Below are positions 61,415 to 64,000 of a stretch of 64,000 nucleotides of DNA, in pieces (positions within the stretch are counted from its first letter, which is position 1; the number at the start of each line of letters is the position of its first letter). The notes under the pieces are model-generated. The model did not search any database, was not told the origin of the DNA, and saw only the letters and a program-made list of their open reading frames with translations. This DNA comes from Gemmatimonadales bacterium (GTDB lineage Bacteria; Gemmatimonadota; Gemmatimonadetes; Gemmatimonadales; GWC2-71-9). The DNA lies in assembly GCA_041613315.1 (NCBI GenBank), contig JBFJHJ010000003.1:1-64000 (forward strand). Reading direction: 5' to 3'. Position numbers and translations under genes: made by a program.

Positions 61415-62607
61415 GTGCGCTCCACCAGCATGGCGATGCCTTGCCCGACGCCGATGCACATCGTGACGAGCCCGTAGCGTCCGCCGGTGCGCCGCAGCGC
61501 GTGGACCATCGTGGTCAGGAGCTTGGCGCCGGTGCACCCTAACGGGTGCCCCAGCGCGATGCCGCCGCCGTAGACGTTGACCCGCTCCGGGTCGAGGTCG
61601 AGCTCGCGCGTGCACGCGATCGCTTGCGCCGCGAATGCCTCGTTCAACTCGACCAGGTCCAGGTCGTTGACACTGAGCCCCGCGCGGTCCAGGACCTTTC
61701 GGGTCGCGGGGATGGGGCCGAGCCCCATGCAGGACGGGTCCACCCCGGCGACGGCCGTTGCCACGACGCGCGCCAGCGGCTGCAGGCCGCCCATGCCGCG
61801 TGGCGTGGCGCCCACCACGAGTAGCGCCGCGGCGCCGTCGTTGAGGCCGCTCGAGTTGCCGGCCGTGACGGAACCCGTCGCCACGAAGGCGGGCTTGAGC
61901 TTGCTGAGCTTGAGCGGCGTGACGTCCGGACGCGGGTGCTCGTCCACGCACACCTGGACCTCGCGGCCGTCCGGCAGACGCACGGAGACCGGGGCGATCT
62001 CGTTCTGGAAGATCTCCTGGTCCATGGCGACCTTCGCGCGCTGCTGGCTCGTGTAGGCGAAGGCGTCCTGGTCCTCGCGGGTGATCCCGTAGCGCTTCGC
62101 GACGATCTCCGCGGTCGCTCCCAGCGAGACGGTCCACTCCTTGCGCATTCTCGGGTTCACGAACCGCCACCCTACGGTGGTGTCCGCCACGTCGGGGGGC
62201 CGCCGATCCCACGGGGCGCCCCGCTTCAGCATCACGTACGGCGCGCGGGTCATGCTCTCCACGCCGCCCGCCACGAACGCGTCACCCTCGGTGGCCTTGA
62301 TGGCCTGCGCGGCGCTGGCGACGGCCTGGAGACCGGAGCCGCACAGGCGATTCACGGTCTGCCCCGGCACCTCGATCGGAAAGCCCGCGAGGAGGGCGGC
62401 CATCCGCGCGATGTTCCTGTTGTCCTCGCCGGCCTGATTCGCGCACCCGAGGATTACGTCGTCGAGCCCGGCCGGATCGAACCCCACCCGTTCGACCACC
62501 GCCCGCACCGCCGCGGCCGCCAGGTCGTCGGGTCGCACCTCGGCGAGGGCGCCACCGTGGCGGCCCACCGGCGTGCGCACCGCCGAGCAGATGAACGCGT
62601 CCCTCAC
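61411..62607 (-). CDS. Thiolase (PcaF/PaaJ-type 3-oxoadipyl-CoA thiolase-like)
   Basis: RPDDL, GCANQAGEDNRN, NRLCGSG, NEAFAAQ, GHPLG, TMCIGVGQG. Confidence 0.93.
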   Translation of the reverse strand: MRDAFICSAVRTPVGRHGGALAEVRPDDLAAAAVRAVVERVGFDPAGLDDVILGCANQAGEDNRNIARMAALLAGFPIEVPGQTVNRLCGSGLQAVASAAQAIKATEGDAFVAGGVESMTRAPYVMLKRGAPWDRRPPDVADTTVGWRFVNPRMRKEWTVSLGATAEIVAKRYGITREDQDAFAYTSQQRAKVAMDQEIFQNEIAPVSVRLPDGREVQVCVDEHPRPDVTPLKLSKLKPAFVATGSVTAGNSSGLNDGAAALLVVGATPRGMGGLQPLARVVATAVAGVDPSCMGLGPIPATRKVLDRAGLSVNDLDLVELNEAFAAQAIACTRELDLDPERVNVYGGGIALGHPLGCTGAKLLTTMVHALRRTGGRYGLVTMCIGVGQGIAMLVERT

Positions 62608-62623
62608 GGCCCGCCCGCGTCCG

Positions 62624-64000
62624 TCATCGGAGCCCCATCCAGACGGTCTTGGTCTCCGTGTAGCCATCCAACGCTTCGCGCCCCAGGTCGCGACCGAAGC
62701 CGCTCGCCTTGTAGCCGCCGAACGGTGCCGCGGGGTCGTACAGGTTGTAGGTGTTGACCCACACGGTGCCGGCCCGAATCGCCCGCGCCACGGTGAACGC
62801 CTTGCGGATGTCTTGGGTCCAGATGCCCGCGGCGAGGCCGTACATGGTCTGGTTGGCGAGGTGGATGCCTTCGTTCAGGTCCTCGAAGCTGATCACGGAG
62901 AGGACCGGGCCGAAGATCTCCTCGTCGACAATCGACATACCGGGTCGCGCGCCGTCGAACACGGTCGCCTCGATGAAAAACCCCTTGCCGTTGAGCTTCA
63001 CCGCGTTGCCACCGGCGACCAGCGTCGCCTCCTTCTTGCCTGCGGCGATGTACGACAGCACGGTCTCCTGCTGGCGCTTCGACACGATGGCGCCCAACCG
63101 GGTGTTCCGGTCGAAGGGATCCCCCGGCGTGAGCTTCTTGGCTCGTGCCGCGAGCTCCTCCACCACCTGGTCGTGCACGGCGTGCTCTACCAGCAGCCGC
63201 GAGCCCGCCGCGCACACCTCGCCCTTCCCGTAGAAGATCCCGTTCTGCGCGCCGCGCACGGCGGCCTTGAGGTCGGCGTCGGCGAAGATGATGTTGGGAC
63301 TCTTGCCCCCCAGCTCGAGCGTCACGCGCTTGAGCGAGTCGGCGGCCTGCCGCATGATCTCCTTGCCCACCGCCGTCGAGCCGGTGAAGGCGATCTTCTG
63401 GACCCCCGGGTGCGTGACCAGGGCGGCCCCCGCCGTCGTACCCCCGCCCGTGACGACGTTGAACGCGCCCGCCGGGAACCCGGCCTCCTGCATGATCTCC
63501 GCCATCGCCAGAGCCGTGAGCGGCGTTTCGGAGGCGGGCTTGAGCACGACGGGGCAGCCCACGGCGAGGGCCGGGGCGAACTTCCAGCTCGCGAGATTCA
63601 GCGGGAAGTTCCACGGGACGATCGCCGCGACGACGCCGACCGGCTCGCGCAGCGTGTAGACGAAGTCGGGCCCGTCCACCGGGAGCACGTGGCCGGGGAG
63701 CTTGTCGGCCCAGCCGCCGTAGTACTTGAGCGTCTCGACCGTCATCGCGACGTCGATCTTCGACTCGAACAACGGCTTCCCGTTCTGACGCGTCTCGAGC
63801 GCCGCCACGTCGTCGGCGCGCTGGGCCAGTAGCTCCGCCGCCCGGAGCAACATCGCCCCGCGTCGACGGCCCGCGAGCGAGCGCCACGCGTCGCTCTCGA
63901 AGCAGGTCGTGGCCGCCTGAACCGCGGCGTCCACGTCGGCGTCGCCGCCGGCGGGCACCGTGGCGATCACCTCTTCGGTGGCGGGGTTCACGACGTCCAG
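62624..64000 (-). CDS. Aldehyde dehydrogenase (5' end outside the window)
   Basis: PWNFP, KPASETP, FTGST, LELGGKSP, GEVC, EEIFGPV, PFGGYKASG. Confidence 0.95.
   Translation of the reverse strand: MDVVNPATEEVIATVPAGGDADVDAAVQAATTCFESDAWRSLAGRRRGAMLLRAAELLAQRADDVAALETRQNGKPLFESKIDVAMTVETLKYYGGWADKLPGHVLPVDGPDFVYTLREPVGVVAAIVPWNFPLNLASWKFAPALAVGCPVVLKPASETPLTALAMAEIMQEAGFPAGAFNVVTGGGTTAGAALVTHPGVQKIAFTGSTAVGKEIMRQAADSLKRVTLELGGKSPNIIFADADLKAAVRGAQNGIFYGKGEVCAAGSRLLVEHAVHDQVVEELAARAKKLTPGDPFDRNTRLGAIVSKRQQETVLSYIAAGKKEATLVAGGNAVKLNGKGFFIEATVFDGARPGMSIVDEEIFGPVLSVISFEDLNEGIHLANQTMYGLAAGIWTQDIRKAFTVARAIRAGTVWVNTYNLYDPAAPFGGYKASGFGRDLGREALDGYTETKTVWMGLR

Overview
High-GC (roughly 70%) bacterial chromosomal window with dense, mostly overlapping or coupled genes. 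Gene content and order suggest Gemmatimonadota, which is an inference and cannot be proven from this window. I saw no rRNA, tRNA, CRISPR, prophage or IS element. Contents in order: purB(partial)-degP-transaldolase-truA; a trp cluster (trpD, trpC, trpB, trpA) interrupted by an antisense lexA and by a HEAT-repeat/HD-GYP gene pair, followed by a chemoreceptor; folB-folK-panB-panC; rlmN; ptsN-aspS-phoH-7TM-HD-ybeY-corC x2-mgtE; a B12-dependent acyl-CoA mutase cluster (isobutyryl-CoA mutase signature) containing an eRF1-like gene; carboxyltransferase, a TPP-II-like S8 lipoprotein and an AtuA pair; recQ; nfeD-floA; RNase E/G; rplU-rpmA; and a minus-strand aryl-CoA catabolic operon built around a short BoxB-like epoxidase. 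Strongest signals absent from the ORF track: (1) a thioredoxin-NHL gene with an in-frame TGA in a UxxC motif plus a SECIS-like hairpin (probable selenoprotein, 43935-45338); (2) a ~120-nt multibranch, U-tailed ncRNA candidate behind a sigma54-like promoter just upstream of it (43651-43770); (3) a tandem direct-repeat operator, CCGAAC-N5-CCGAAG x2, overlapping the lexA promoter (candidate SOS box); (4) repeated leaderless-type promoters.
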